Below are positions 9,209-18,818 of a DNA stretch of 64,000 nt, one piece after another; positions within the stretch are counted from its first letter, which is position 1; every line of letters starts with the position of its first letter. The DNA comes from Candidatus Poribacteria bacterium. Lineage in GTDB: Bacteria > Poribacteria > WGA-4E > WGA-3G. The notes below the pieces were generated by a model. That model searched no databases. It was not told the origin of the DNA and saw only the letters and a list, made by a program, of their open reading frames with translations. The translations under genes were made by a program, and so were the position numbers. The DNA is taken from the NCBI GenBank assembly GCA_965242965.1, contig OZ251518.1, forward strand, positions 704,001 to 768,000, given 5' to 3'.

Positions 9209-10603
9209 ATGCCAATTGTCATACCGCGCCTCGTCGTAGAGGTGTTTCAACATACAAACTTCCGAGGCAAAATGGGGTATGTCGTTGAGCCCGTGCAGCA
9301 CACTCGGCATATCGGGTTTCAGGACAATATCTCATCGCTTCGCGTTTACAAAGGTCCGAACTTTTCGTCAAATCCGCACTACAAGGTTCTCCTTTATCAG
9401 CATACAAACTACCGTGGGCGAAAGTTGGCACTCGGGCCCGGATTTTATCCAAATTTGCACGATACTGCCTACAATTTTGGGGACAGAATTTCGTCCATTA
9501 ATTTCGGTTCCGCGCTAGAGGTAGTTGGGCCGGAGTGGGGCACGATTCCGCTAATTGTGGATTGTTACGAGCATGTTGAGTTCCGAGGCAGAAAAATCAC
9601 TATCCTGCGTGATATAGCGAATTTGCGAGATGCGCAGGGGCGTTCGTGGTTTGAAGATCGGATTTCGTCTATCCGCATTTTCAAAGGACCTGATTTTCCA
9701 TCGGATGGTGCTGAGGTTGTTTTCTACGAACATCCCGATTTTGAAGGCGCGAGCCTCCCTGTCCGCATGGAGCCGATGGAGTATAAGAAAGAATTGCCGA
9801 ACCTCCATCTGCTGCCACAAAGTTTCGGGGATTCCATCTCCGCCGTTAAGATTGAGGGTTGGGCATCGTCCGGTGAATTCACGGAAATGGTGTTTGAAGA
9901 CGAATTCATTGGGAATCGGATGCGTCCCGAATGGCGATGGGAGGACCCGAAGGGCGGCGGTGCCTGGGCGGAACGCCAAGGGTATTTACAAATGCGCACC
10001 GAACCAGGGCAAGACCTCTGGCACGGACCCAACGGCAGAGGCGGCGATATGAGTGCCCCGCGGTTGTTGATGGAAGTTGAAGGCGATTTTGCGATTGAGA
10101 CGCGGATGCCCATCACGCCGCAACAGCGCGAACATGGCGGGTTGCTTGTCTGGAAGCATGCCAACCAATTCCTCCGATTGGAGAAAACCTCGGGACCGCA
10201 CGCCTTCCGCGGCGATGTCCGGTTTGAAAGGCATGTCAACCGTGGTTATCAGCTGCGAGGACGCGGCGGCGGACTTAAAAACGCGCGTGAGCTCTTCCTC
10301 CGGATAGAGCGACGCGGGAATCAGTTTTCCTCCTTCGCTAGTGACAATGGAATTCAGTGGCGGAGTTGCGGACAGACGAATGTCGGGATGGGCCATCGGG
10401 TGCGTGTCGGTTTGCATGCGTTGTGTCCGGGAAATATTCCGCCTACGTTGACACGATTTGACTTTTTCCGTCTCTTTAAGCGGCGGAGTGAGGCGGCCGA
10501 GTATCGTCCGATTATTGCGCAGCCTGTCGGCCAGCAATCTGACGAGGAGCGCGAGCGTCTCGTCGCCGACCGGCGCGAACGCGCAATGCGAGATCTTGTA
10601 TAA
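9209..10603 (+). CDS. Betagamma-crystallin repeat protein with a C-terminal ConA-like (DUF1349-type) domain
   Basis: Four Greek-key motifs (FQHTNFRG..ISSLRV, YQHTNYRG..ISSINF, YEHVEFRG..ISSIRI, YEHPDFEG..ISAVKI). C-terminal DLW..APRL..GDF..GLLVW..LRIERRGN..VGL. Confidence 0.8.
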   Translation: MPIVIPRLVVEVFQHTNFRGKMGYVVEPVQHTRHIGFQDNISSLRVYKGPNFSSNPHYKVLLYQHTNYRGRKLALGPGFYPNLHDTAYNFGDRISSINFGSALEVVGPEWGTIPLIVDCYEHVEFRGRKITILRDIANLRDAQGRSWFEDRISSIRIFKGPDFPSDGAEVVFYEHPDFEGASLPVRMEPMEYKKELPNLHLLPQSFGDSISAVKIEGWASSGEFTEMVFEDEFIGNRMRPEWRWEDPKGGGAWAERQGYLQMRTEPGQDLWHGPNGRGGDMSAPRLLMEVEGDFAIETRMPITPQQREHGGLLVWKHANQFLRLEKTSGPHAFRGDVRFERHVNRGYQLRGRGGGLKNARELFLRIERRGNQFSSFASDNGIQWRSCGQTNVGMGHRVRVGLHALCPGNIPPTLTRFDFFRLFKRRSEAAEYRPIIAQPVGQQSDEERERLVADRRERAMRDLV

Positions 10604-10620
10604 GGGGCTGCCAATAAAGT

Positions 10621-10986
10621 GAGGGTGTTTCATAAATCGTCCAACGTCGCGAGGGACAGGCCCTCGCGCTACGGGGTAGAAGAGTTTCCATGCCACCGTA
10701 GGGCGGGGCCTGTCCCCCGCCATGCTGCAGTCTGGGGTAGAAGAGTTTCCATGCCACCGTAGGGCGGGGGCCTGTCCCCCGCCATGCTGCAGTCTACCGA
10801 AACCTCGCGAGGGACAGGCCCTCGCGCTACGGGATAGAAGACTTTCCGTGCCACCGTAGGGCGGGGGCCTGTCCCCCGCCATGCTGCGGTCTACCGAAAC
10901 CTCGCGAGGGACAGGCCCTCGCGCTACGGGGTAGGGTGACGCATCGAGACCTGGTGGGCGCGCCAACGGATTTATGAAACACCCTC
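10621..10986. mobile_element. Non-autonomous MITE with 18-bp TIRs and 8-bp target site duplication, carrying REP hairpins
   Basis: TIRs GAGGGTGTTTCATAAATC and GATTTATGAAACACCCTC; direct repeat AATAAAGT at 10613-10620 and 10987-10994. Confidence 0.85.
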
Positions 10987-11007
10987 AATAAAGTGAAGGA
11001 GGATATC

Positions 11008-11844
11008 ATGTTTCAGAAAAGCATCTGGATTCAGACGATAACCGCGCTACTGTTTATCCTTTTCGCGTCGCTGCAACCAGCCGATGCACTTGTCGGCGCG
11101 GTGGAAAACGGCTTAGTCGCGTACTGGTCCTTCGATAAAGACACGGTGCAGATAAAAAAACAGGCGACAGACCTTTTGTCAGGTCTCGCTGCCAACGTTT
11201 TCGGGGATCCGGAGTTAGCACCCGCCGCCGATTGCAAAGTCGGCGAGTGTATTCTATTTGATGGCAGCGTTGACAGGTTTCTTGTCGAAGATGCCGAACC
11301 GCCGAAAATCAACCGCGATTGGGACGAAATCACGCTGGAATGTTGGGTTTACATTACGGCGTTGGACGATAGTTGGAATCGCATCATCTCGCTTGATGAC
11401 ATGCCGACGAACAGCGCGGTTGCCAGTCTCTATTACGACGATGATGACAACCAGCACGGCTTTTTCATTCGCGCGGGCGGCAAATCGACGCAGGCTGCAC
11501 AGGATAACGTGTTGGAGGATATCCCGCTTGAGCAGTGGCTGCACCTCGTTGGAACTTACGATGGCGAGACGGTTCACTATTATGTGAACGGCCAGCAGAA
11601 GAAAAGGTATGCCATGAAGGGCGGCAAATTGCCGAAAGGCGGGCTGCTGCTTGGCATCGGTGACCGGTCGGACGGCTGCGATTGCGATACTATCCAGGGA
11701 TATATTGACGAATTCCGCATCTATGAACGCGCCCTGAGCGCGGCTGAAGTGAAAAACAACATGGATGCAGAAGGGCTGGATGTTAGTCCTTCCGCAGAGC
11801 AGTTGAGCGTCACGTGGGGGCATATCAAGGCGAGAAGGAGATAA
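11008..11844 (+). CDS. Secreted LamG-like jellyroll domain protein
   Basis: RBS GGAGG, signal peptide, LVAYWSFD, WLHLVGTYDG, GYIDEFRIYERALS; C-terminal VSPSAEQLSVTWGHIK motif. Confidence 0.88.
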   Translation: MFQKSIWIQTITALLFILFASLQPADALVGAVENGLVAYWSFDKDTVQIKKQATDLLSGLAANVFGDPELAPAADCKVGECILFDGSVDRFLVEDAEPPKINRDWDEITLECWVYITALDDSWNRIISLDDMPTNSAVASLYYDDDDNQHGFFIRAGGKSTQAAQDNVLEDIPLEQWLHLVGTYDGETVHYYVNGQQKKRYAMKGGKLPKGGLLLGIGDRSDGCDCDTIQGYIDEFRIYERALSAAEVKNNMDAEGLDVSPSAEQLSVTWGHIKARRR

Positions 11845-11887
11845 TGGCATCGAAAGCCGAGTCAATTATGGAAAGACGGAGAGAGAC

Positions 11888-12928
11888 ATGAATGCAACGA
11901 AGAGCAGAGCGGAATACAAAAATACCGGCATTGGCGTTATCGGTTGCGGCGGCATGGGCAGAAGCCTCGCTACCAGCGCGCACGCCGTTGAAGGGATAGA
12001 GGTTATCGCTGTCAGCGATTTGCATGAGGAACTGGCGAAGAAGCTCGCCGAAGACCTCGGGGCAACCTACACCTTAGATTACCACGAGTTGCTCGCCGAT
12101 GACAACATCTGCGCCGTGCTTATCGCTTCACCGCCGTTTATGCATAGTCCGATGGCTGTAAACGCGGCGAACGCCGGCAAGCATATCTTCTCCGAAAAAC
12201 CGATGGCCCCGACGCTCGCCGCTTGCGATGCGATGATAGCCGCCGCTGCGGACAACAACGTCAAACTCACCATCGGGCTCGTGTGCCGTTACCATGCGAC
12301 GCATTCTGCCGTGCGCGAGATTGTGCGTAGCGGAGAATTAGGCGCGCCTGTCTGCATGATGGTGCATCGGATTGGCGGGCCGTGGCGGAGCGGCGGACAT
12401 CACACCCCATGGCGATTGGCGCGCGCGAAATCAGGCGGCAGCCTCATGGAAATCAACGCGCACGAGATTGATTTCATGCGTTGGACCTGCGGTGAAGTCG
12501 CCTCTGTCTATGCCGCCGGCGGACAGTATATCCAACAAGAGAGTGACTATCCTGATGTCGTGCTTGCCTCGTTGCAGTTTAAGAACGGTGCTGTCGGACT
12601 GCTCCATTCCAGCCATGTTTCTGCTGTGGGAGGGTATGGCGGCCGTGTGGATTGCGAGGGCGGCTCCATCTATTTTCCACAGATTTGGGGTGGCGATGCG
12701 ACGCTCCAGATTAAGCCGTTTGAGGGTGAGGGTAGACGTATCAAGATTTCAGATATTCAGGTGCCGCCTCCGGTGCAGGAGGAAATCCGCGTCTTCGTTG
12801 AGGCAATCCGTAACGATACGCCGCCGCTGATTACTGGGGCTGATGGCCGCGCCGCCGTTGAAATCGCCTTGGCGGCGTATCAATCCGTTGAGAGTGGACA
12901 GCCGGTTGCGTTGCCGCTTTCTCAATAA
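11888..12928 (+). CDS. Gfo/Idh/MocA family oxidoreductase
   Basis: IGVIGCGGMG, SEKPMA, GGSLMEINAHEID. Confidence 0.92.
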   Translation: MNATKSRAEYKNTGIGVIGCGGMGRSLATSAHAVEGIEVIAVSDLHEELAKKLAEDLGATYTLDYHELLADDNICAVLIASPPFMHSPMAVNAANAGKHIFSEKPMAPTLAACDAMIAAAADNNVKLTIGLVCRYHATHSAVREIVRSGELGAPVCMMVHRIGGPWRSGGHHTPWRLARAKSGGSLMEINAHEIDFMRWTCGEVASVYAAGGQYIQQESDYPDVVLASLQFKNGAVGLLHSSHVSAVGGYGGRVDCEGGSIYFPQIWGGDATLQIKPFEGEGRRIKISDIQVPPPVQEEIRVFVEAIRNDTPPLITGADGRAAVEIALAAYQSVESGQPVALPLSQ

Positions 12929-13099
12929 ACCGTCGCCAGTCCTCGTAGGGCGAGGGCCTGTCCCTCGCCATGCTGCACGAGACCGGGAGGTCTCGCCTAC
13001 GGGGACATCGCCGCCTGTCTGTCGCCACGTTGAAACGCTGAACATCGAGACCGGGAGGTCTCGCCTACCTCAAACTACGATTTTGAATGAGGAAAAACT

Positions 13100-14038
13100 A
13101 TGAAAATCTCTGTCTGGGATGGTGGGCTTTCAGATGCCTACCTGAGACAAGTCACGCAGCTCGGTGCCGATTGCATCGATTTTGGAAACGGGGGCTCTTT
13201 CCCCGGTGTCAACGAACAAGGTTATCCGGATTTGGATGAGCTCCTGAAAATCAAAAAGCGTATCCGTTCCTGGGGGTTGGACATCAATCGTGTCACGCTT
13301 CCGAATATCACCGAGAAGTTCATGAAGGGACAGCCCGGTGGTGAGAAAGAGTTAGAGAATACGTGCAACGCGCTCCGCGTTTTCGCCGAAGCCGGGGTGC
13401 CTATTGCGCGGCAACGCTTTTGGGGCGATACGTTTGACTACCTGATGACGCGCTATTCTGCTGTGCATAGAGGCGGCTATATCTCCCGTGGGGAGAGCCG
13501 CGCCGCTACAAAGAATCCGCCGCCCACTCCGACGGTGGCAGAGCTTGACGTGTGGTGGGAGCGTTTCTGCGAGATTTACGGTGCCCTTGTCCCAATCGCT
13601 GATGAATACGGCATCAAACTTGCCATTCATCCGTCAGATGTGCCGAATCCGGATACGCCGCTTGGCAGTCTGGGTTTTCATCGGGTTATTGATGCGTTTC
13701 CAAGCAAAAATGTCGGTTACCTCTATTGCTGCGGTACCCGTGCGGAAGCCGGTGGGAGTGCTATCGTTCTTGATGAAATCAATAACTATGGGCGCAAGGG
13801 ACGCATTTTTATGATTCATTTGCGGAACGTGCGCGGCAGTCTTGCGACAGCGGGTGCTTTTGAGGAAACTCTCTTGGATGATGGCGATATGAACGTGTTC
13901 AAGATTATCCTTGAACTGCGGAAAGTCGGGTTTGATGGGTGCATTAACGCCGATCACATTCCGAAGTTGGAGGGGGATGTCGGCTTGGCGTATTCAGTGG
14001 GGTATATCAAGGCACTGTTTGCGGCGTTGGCGGTGTAA
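13100..14038 (+). CDS. Mannonate dehydratase (UxuA)-like TIM-barrel protein
   Basis: KLAIHPSDVP, IHLRNVRG, FEETLLDDGD and ADHIP match UxuA-family motifs; true substrate uncertain. Confidence 0.75.
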   Translation: MKISVWDGGLSDAYLRQVTQLGADCIDFGNGGSFPGVNEQGYPDLDELLKIKKRIRSWGLDINRVTLPNITEKFMKGQPGGEKELENTCNALRVFAEAGVPIARQRFWGDTFDYLMTRYSAVHRGGYISRGESRAATKNPPPTPTVAELDVWWERFCEIYGALVPIADEYGIKLAIHPSDVPNPDTPLGSLGFHRVIDAFPSKNVGYLYCCGTRAEAGGSAIVLDEINNYGRKGRIFMIHLRNVRGSLATAGAFEETLLDDGDMNVFKIILELRKVGFDGCINADHIPKLEGDVGLAYSVGYIKALFAALAV

Positions 14039-14087
14039 GATTCCTATTTCGCTGAGGGTTTCGTAGGGCGAGGGCCTGTCCCTCGCC

Positions 14088-14606
14088 CTATTCGTTGATG
14101 AGCGATTCGCGCGCATGTTTCGTTTTTCTTATCGCGTCGGCAATATTGCCTTCATAACTGCATCGCGTTGTATAAATCAAGGATTCTTGCCCGCGAAAAA
14201 TCACTCCGGCCCGTTTACTTCGTTTTCTGCGCCGCGTCTTGGGAATTCTCCCACCGTGGACAAGGAGTGGTATACAAATCGTTTTGACATTCCTTGGCAC
14301 TATGCGAGCGGCAATGCGCGCACCTTCTTGCAGCTGCTTGATGGCTTCCGACGCGTCAACTTGTCCACGCTTGAGTTCCATTGGGACGGTAACGAGACTT
14401 TCCTGTTCCGTGTCAATGGAAAAGAGGATAAAGTCGCATTGCGCTTTCACGGCTCTGTCTTTTGGAAACGCGAGATCAACGTCTAACATCACCCGCTCGC
14501 GCGGGAGGTTCGCCAAAGAGACGCGACATCCTTCTCGTGTGTAAGACTTGGCTTCCCTATCGCCTATCCACCGGCGAATGTCGTCAAGCACCTCATGTAG
14601 ATTCAC
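14088..14606 (-). CDS. Hypothetical protein with a PD-(D/E)xK-like nuclease motif, coupled to the ATPase
   Basis: GTG at 14606 behind GGAAGGTGG overlaps the ATPase stop. Motif CDFILF...PMELKRG...EAIKQL; basic C-terminus. Confidence 0.6.
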   Translation of the reverse strand: MNLHEVLDDIRRWIGDREAKSYTREGCRVSLANLPRERVMLDVDLAFPKDRAVKAQCDFILFSIDTEQESLVTVPMELKRGQVDASEAIKQLQEGARIAARIVPRNVKTICIPLLVHGGRIPKTRRRKRSKRAGVIFRGQESLIYTTRCSYEGNIADAIRKTKHARESLINE

Positions 14607-15801
14607 TTGCACTACCACCTTCCTGCTTTTCGACGTGGGTTTGGAGAGCCACCGCACGGTTATATTGAGTTTCGGAAACGTCTTCATATTCTTCCGGATA
14701 GATGCCGCCTCTCACTTCAAAGGGCAGTTCTGTCACTGCGCCACACCGTCGGAACCGCCAAACGCCTACCTCCTCTGGCAGCAGCCACGTTTCGATTTTT
14801 TCCTCTTTTTCGTCTAGCATTCCTTCCAGCATCAGGGTGCTGATTTCTTCGACGAGCCAATCGCTGTGGGTTGTGACGAGCACTTTCACGCCAGCGCGAA
14901 CTAACCGGCCAAGCGTTAACGCGAGGTTCACTTGTGCACCGGGATGCAGGTGCGCCTCCGGTTCCTCAATGATGAGGAAATCACCCGGGTGAACGATGCT
15001 CCGGAGAAACATGACTAACGGCGCGAGTTCGGCTACCACGGAAGAGGCATGCCTTAGCGCGAGTTCGGTTTTCGCACCGTACGGACGGTAGCGCACCTCC
15101 GGATACCCACACGCCGAGGGACTCACGTGTAAATGGCCGGAAAGCACCTCTGCTTCCAATCTTTTTGCAAGATACCGCATGTTGCCATTTTGCGTCTTGT
15201 CCTCCTGATAGCCGCGGATGTGCTGCAGAAAGGCTGCGGGGATGCATGATAGGAACGGCATCTCTAGCAGGGGTTCATCCTTCATATAGGGGGCGTGTTC
15301 TCTCAATGAATTGGCAATGAGCCGCTGTTGCTGCATCAGCCCACTGCGAGCCGCCGGGAGGTAGTACCGATTTCCTGCATGCCAACTGGCAGCGGAGCCG
15401 TTGTCGGTTTCTGAACGGAGTGTCCACGCTGCATCGGCGGCTGTCACGTGGATACCCCAGCCATCAGCGGCACCATTGCGCACTTTTAGTGAGAGTGACA
15501 TCTCGTCCGGATGTTCTCCTGTCACTCGTTGAAGTGCCGAAATCGTTTCCAAATCGAAGCAATTTCTGAGTTCCCTCTCTAAGTCAGTATAGACGATGTC
15601 TTCAGCGGCTTTTGGTGCGCTGCCTGCGAAAACACCGTGCAACGCATAAACGAGCGTCGCGAAATAGGTTTTACCGGTGTTGCTCGGGCCGAGGAATACG
15701 GTAAGTGGCCGTAAGTCGACTGTGCCTTCGGGAATCGGACCGAAGTTGCGGACAGCAATTTCCACTTTCGGTTGCGGTGCGGTGTCATTAAGGTTGCTCA
15801 T
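14593..15801 (-). CDS. AAA_15/AAA_21 (AbiEii-like) ABC-type ATPase
   Basis: VRNFGPI start, Walker A GPSNTGKT, Walker B IIEEPEAHLHP, H-loop TTHS. Confidence 0.88.
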   Translation of the reverse strand: MSNLNDTAPQPKVEIAVRNFGPIPEGTVDLRPLTVFLGPSNTGKTYFATLVYALHGVFAGSAPKAAEDIVYTDLERELRNCFDLETISALQRVTGEHPDEMSLSLKVRNGAADGWGIHVTAADAAWTLRSETDNGSAASWHAGNRYYLPAARSGLMQQQRLIANSLREHAPYMKDEPLLEMPFLSCIPAAFLQHIRGYQEDKTQNGNMRYLAKRLEAEVLSGHLHVSPSACGYPEVRYRPYGAKTELALRHASSVVAELAPLVMFLRSIVHPGDFLIIEEPEAHLHPGAQVNLALTLGRLVRAGVKVLVTTHSDWLVEEISTLMLEGMLDEKEEKIETWLLPEEVGVWRFRRCGAVTELPFEVRGGIYPEEYEDVSETQYNRAVALQTHVEKQEGGSASEST

Positions 15802-16140
15802 CGTCAGTTCTCCTGTTAAGATTTGATGAAAAGTTTGATACTATGATACCATATTTTCGCGGAGAAATCAATCCAAAAACCGAAATACCGCGGCGGCATT
15901 TCGGTTTCCATCTACGATGAAAAAACGTCGCCCCTTCACGTAGGGCGAGGGCCTGTCCCTCGCCATCGTCCGCGCAATCCAACGATCGCGGGGGCCTGTC
16001 CCCCGCGCTACAGTAACGGGAGGGTTTCTTGGTCGAAAAACGCCCCCTTCCGCGTAGGGCGAGGGCCTGTCCCTCGCCATGCTGCGGTTTACCGGACGTT
16101 CGCGGGGGATAGGCCCCTGCACTACGAAAAAAAACGTCTC

Positions 16141-16314
16141 TTAGGTCCGTAGGACCTTAATGTCTATAGCCGGCGCGCCTGCGAAGAATCCTAAGGTCCT
16201 TTAGGTCCTTAATAGATTTTGCGAAGTCTGCGCGTGTTTTTTATTAAGGACCTAAAGGACCTTGATAGAGAGCGACACGTTTTTCTATAGACATTAAGGA
16301 CCTAAAGGACCTAA
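16141..16314. repeat. AGGTCC/CTATAG four-hairpin palindromic element embedded in a REP cluster (15920-16440)
   Basis: AGGTCCGTAGGACCTTAATGTCTATAG ... CTATAGACATTAAGGACCTAAAGGACCT form inverted arms around two internal hairpins. Confidence 0.85.
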
Positions 16315-16647
16315 AACGTCACCGCTTGACGATGGAGCTCGCGGGGGCCTGTCCCCCGCGCTACGGGAACATTGAGACCGGGAGGGCGCACCGGCAGGAA
16401 GAAATCGAGACCGGGAGGTCTCTCCTACCGGGAAGGCATCGAAATATGGAACACCCACTTTCAATTATCTTGCAATGCTTCCGCTGCTCGTGTAAGATAG
16501 GCCAGATAAGATAGGACAAACGCAGGGCGGCACCAGGTAGGCGCGCAATTTCAATTGTGCGCGGTTTCAAATCGCACCTACCAGTGAAGAATGATAATGC
16601 ATTTGCGTCCGTCCTATAAGATGGAAAACAGAAAGGAGGTTTGACTC

Positions 16648-17478
16648 ATGATAGGCATCTCTTATCATGCAGGCGGCATGAAGGACCTGCCGCTGAAACA
16701 GGTTATCGGTATCCTCGCCGAAGTCGGCTACGATGCCATTGAGATGATGTGCGGCCCCGATGCACACATTCTGTCAGGAGAAGTGAACAGCGCGTTGCTC
16801 AAAGAGGTCAGGGCGATGACGGAAGACCACGGCTTAAAAGTCGCTGTCATCAATCCGTTTACCGGAAAAGGGTTATATCACCTCGCACTGGAGGATAAGC
16901 AAACCGCGATGGACCATTATGCTTTGCTCCAAGATGTCGCGGTGGCACTTGGTGCGCACGGCGTTAATTTCCTCACTGGTTACGGTGGCGACAAAGGTGA
17001 CGCGTTCGCGTGGCGGCTTCTCGTTGACGTGCTGAAACCGATCTGCCGTCGCGCAGAAGAACTCGGCATCACGATGCATATCCATAACCACGAGGCGACG
17101 ACGATCGATGCCTCTTCCAAGGTTACTTTATTGATTGAGCATGTCGGTTCTGATGCGTTGAAGGCACTCAACGACATCACCAATTTCTATCACCTCGGCG
17201 AGGATATCGCGGCGGTGACAGAGAAGTTGGGCGCGTTCACGGCGCACTGCCATGTCAAAGGTGTGACAGGCATGTATCCGTATAGCACTTTCCTCATTCC
17301 CGGTGAGGAGGGAGACGCGTTAGATTTCCGCACTTTCGCTGAGGCGTTAGGCAAGGTAGGCTACGATAAATACGTTTCGGTGGAGACTTTTCCGCACATG
17401 CGGATGGAGAAGGCGCGCATCGCTTATGAGATGATGGCGGGGACGTTGCAAGAGTTGGGGCTGCGGGAAGTTCGGTAG
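16648..17478 (+). CDS. Sugar phosphate isomerase/epimerase family TIM-barrel protein
   Basis: GYDAIE, IHNHE, DITN, HCHVKG, SVE; RBS AGGAGG. Confidence 0.88.
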   Translation: MIGISYHAGGMKDLPLKQVIGILAEVGYDAIEMMCGPDAHILSGEVNSALLKEVRAMTEDHGLKVAVINPFTGKGLYHLALEDKQTAMDHYALLQDVAVALGAHGVNFLTGYGGDKGDAFAWRLLVDVLKPICRRAEELGITMHIHNHEATTIDASSKVTLLIEHVGSDALKALNDITNFYHLGEDIAAVTEKLGAFTAHCHVKGVTGMYPYSTFLIPGEEGDALDFRTFAEALGKVGYDKYVSVETFPHMRMEKARIAYEMMAGTLQELGLREVR

Positions 17479-17496
17479 GAGAAACCTTGAAACTCG

Positions 17497-17523
17497 GTAG
17501 GCGCGCTTTCAGAACGCGCCTAC
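17497..17523. terminator. GTAG-type hairpin between convergent genes, possibly a bidirectional terminator
   Basis: GTAGGCGCG-CTTTCAGAA-CGCGCCTAC. Confidence 0.45.
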
Positions 17524-17539
17524 CCGAGATGAGACGCGC

Positions 17540-18328
17540 CTACAACTCTAATGCCTTAATGCCCGGCCAATCGCGCCACATATCCTCGTTGGGCGGTTCC
17601 TCCTGCGTCTGCGGCAGTTCTGTCTTCCGGAAATCGTAAAGCACCGCTTGCCGAATCTGCCGCGAATAATTATGTCCAGCCGCATGCCCAATGCGATGAT
17701 GCCAGAACACAATATCACCGGCGTTGCCGTAACACTCAACACCCGGCTCCCGGCTGAGCCGCTCCCGGTCTGCGTCATACGCCGGTTTCGGTTCGTTCTT
17801 ATACTGCGAATGGTAATCGTAATAGAACGTGCGATGGCTCCCCGGCCAGACGGTGAACCCGCCGCCTTCCGGTGGCACATCGTCAATATAGCCGACAACA
17901 CCGAGGTGAAACGGATGCGCGTCGACGTGACACCCGATCGATTTCTTCGGGACATCGCCGTATGGCAGCGTGCAGTAGATGCCGCGCACGCGTTCGGGCC
18001 GAACGAGATTCCCTTCACCTAAAAACTGCTCTGCCATCCGCCAGACATTTGCATCGGTGGCGAGGAGGCGCACCATCCACTCTTCACCGCCCGGTTCCCG
18101 GAAGTTCCAACGGAAGCCTTTCCGCTTGTTGTCGGAAGCCTCGTTTTCTTCTTCGGGCGCGAAGGGGCCTATCCACGTTTCAGGATTCTCGCGAGTCCGT
18201 CCTAACGGGGCTCCCTCCCAAAGTCGCGTCCGCGCGCGTTCCATCAATTCTGGGTCGAGGACATTCCGTTTGACCAGGTAGCCGTTGTCTCTGAAAAATG
18301 CAATCTCTTCACGTGTGAGTTCAATCAT
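17540..18328 (-). CDS. Phytanoyl-CoA dioxygenase (PhyH) family Fe(II)/2OG protein
   Basis: LTREEIAFFRDNGYLV, HVD, GGFTVWPGSH, GDIVFWHHRIGHAA..N..R. Confidence 0.9.
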   Translation of the reverse strand: MIELTREEIAFFRDNGYLVKRNVLDPELMERARTRLWEGAPLGRTRENPETWIGPFAPEEENEASDNKRKGFRWNFREPGGEEWMVRLLATDANVWRMAEQFLGEGNLVRPERVRGIYCTLPYGDVPKKSIGCHVDAHPFHLGVVGYIDDVPPEGGGFTVWPGSHRTFYYDYHSQYKNEPKPAYDADRERLSREPGVECYGNAGDIVFWHHRIGHAAGHNYSRQIRQAVLYDFRKTELPQTQEEPPNEDMWRDWPGIKALEL

Positions 18329-18387
18329 GATTCCGCTCCTTTTGTATTATGAGTTTAACGTTTCTTTTAAGAAAAAGCAAGAAAAAT

Positions 18388-18470
18388 ATGAGCAGGATTG
18401 AGCAGGATTTACAAGATTGAGCAAGATATGAGCAGGATTTACAAGAAAAGACAAGATTAGCAAGATTATA
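18388..18470. repeat. Short degenerate tandem repeat (CAGGATT/CAAGATT, ~9-10 nt period)
   Basis: gagcaggattgagcaggatttacaagattgagcaagatatgagcaggatttacaagaaaagacaagattagcaagatt. Confidence 0.75.
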
Positions 18471-18775
18471 TGAGAGTGTTTCATAACTCGCTCAACGCCG
18501 CAGGGGACAAGTCCCCGCGCTACGATGAAAAAAACGCCGCCCCTTCACGTAGGGCGAGGGCCCTCGGATGCCACACGCGCATCCGAGCGGGTTTCCCTCG
18601 CCACGCGTTCTGCTGTCAGACCGCATCCCCCCCCCCTGTAGGTCAGGATCGCCTGATCCTGACCCGTTTGGGAGCGGGTGCTCCCGAACTACAGATGTCT
18701 CTCTTACGGTATTGCATCGAGACCAGGAGGTCTCTCCTACCGAAGCATTGAGACTAGGAGGTCTCTCCTACGGGA
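18471..18775. repeat. MITE-like left end plus REP mosaic
   Basis: GAGAGTGTTTCATAAC followed by four hairpin families. Confidence 0.8.
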
Positions 18776-18818
18776 ATATCTCTTGACACGAAACCCAATT
18801 TCAATTACCATAAACCGC

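Noticed and set aside
13100-14038. Assigning the symbol uxuA
   Set aside because: Family motifs are present but the protein is short and divergent, so substrate cannot be fixed from sequence alone.
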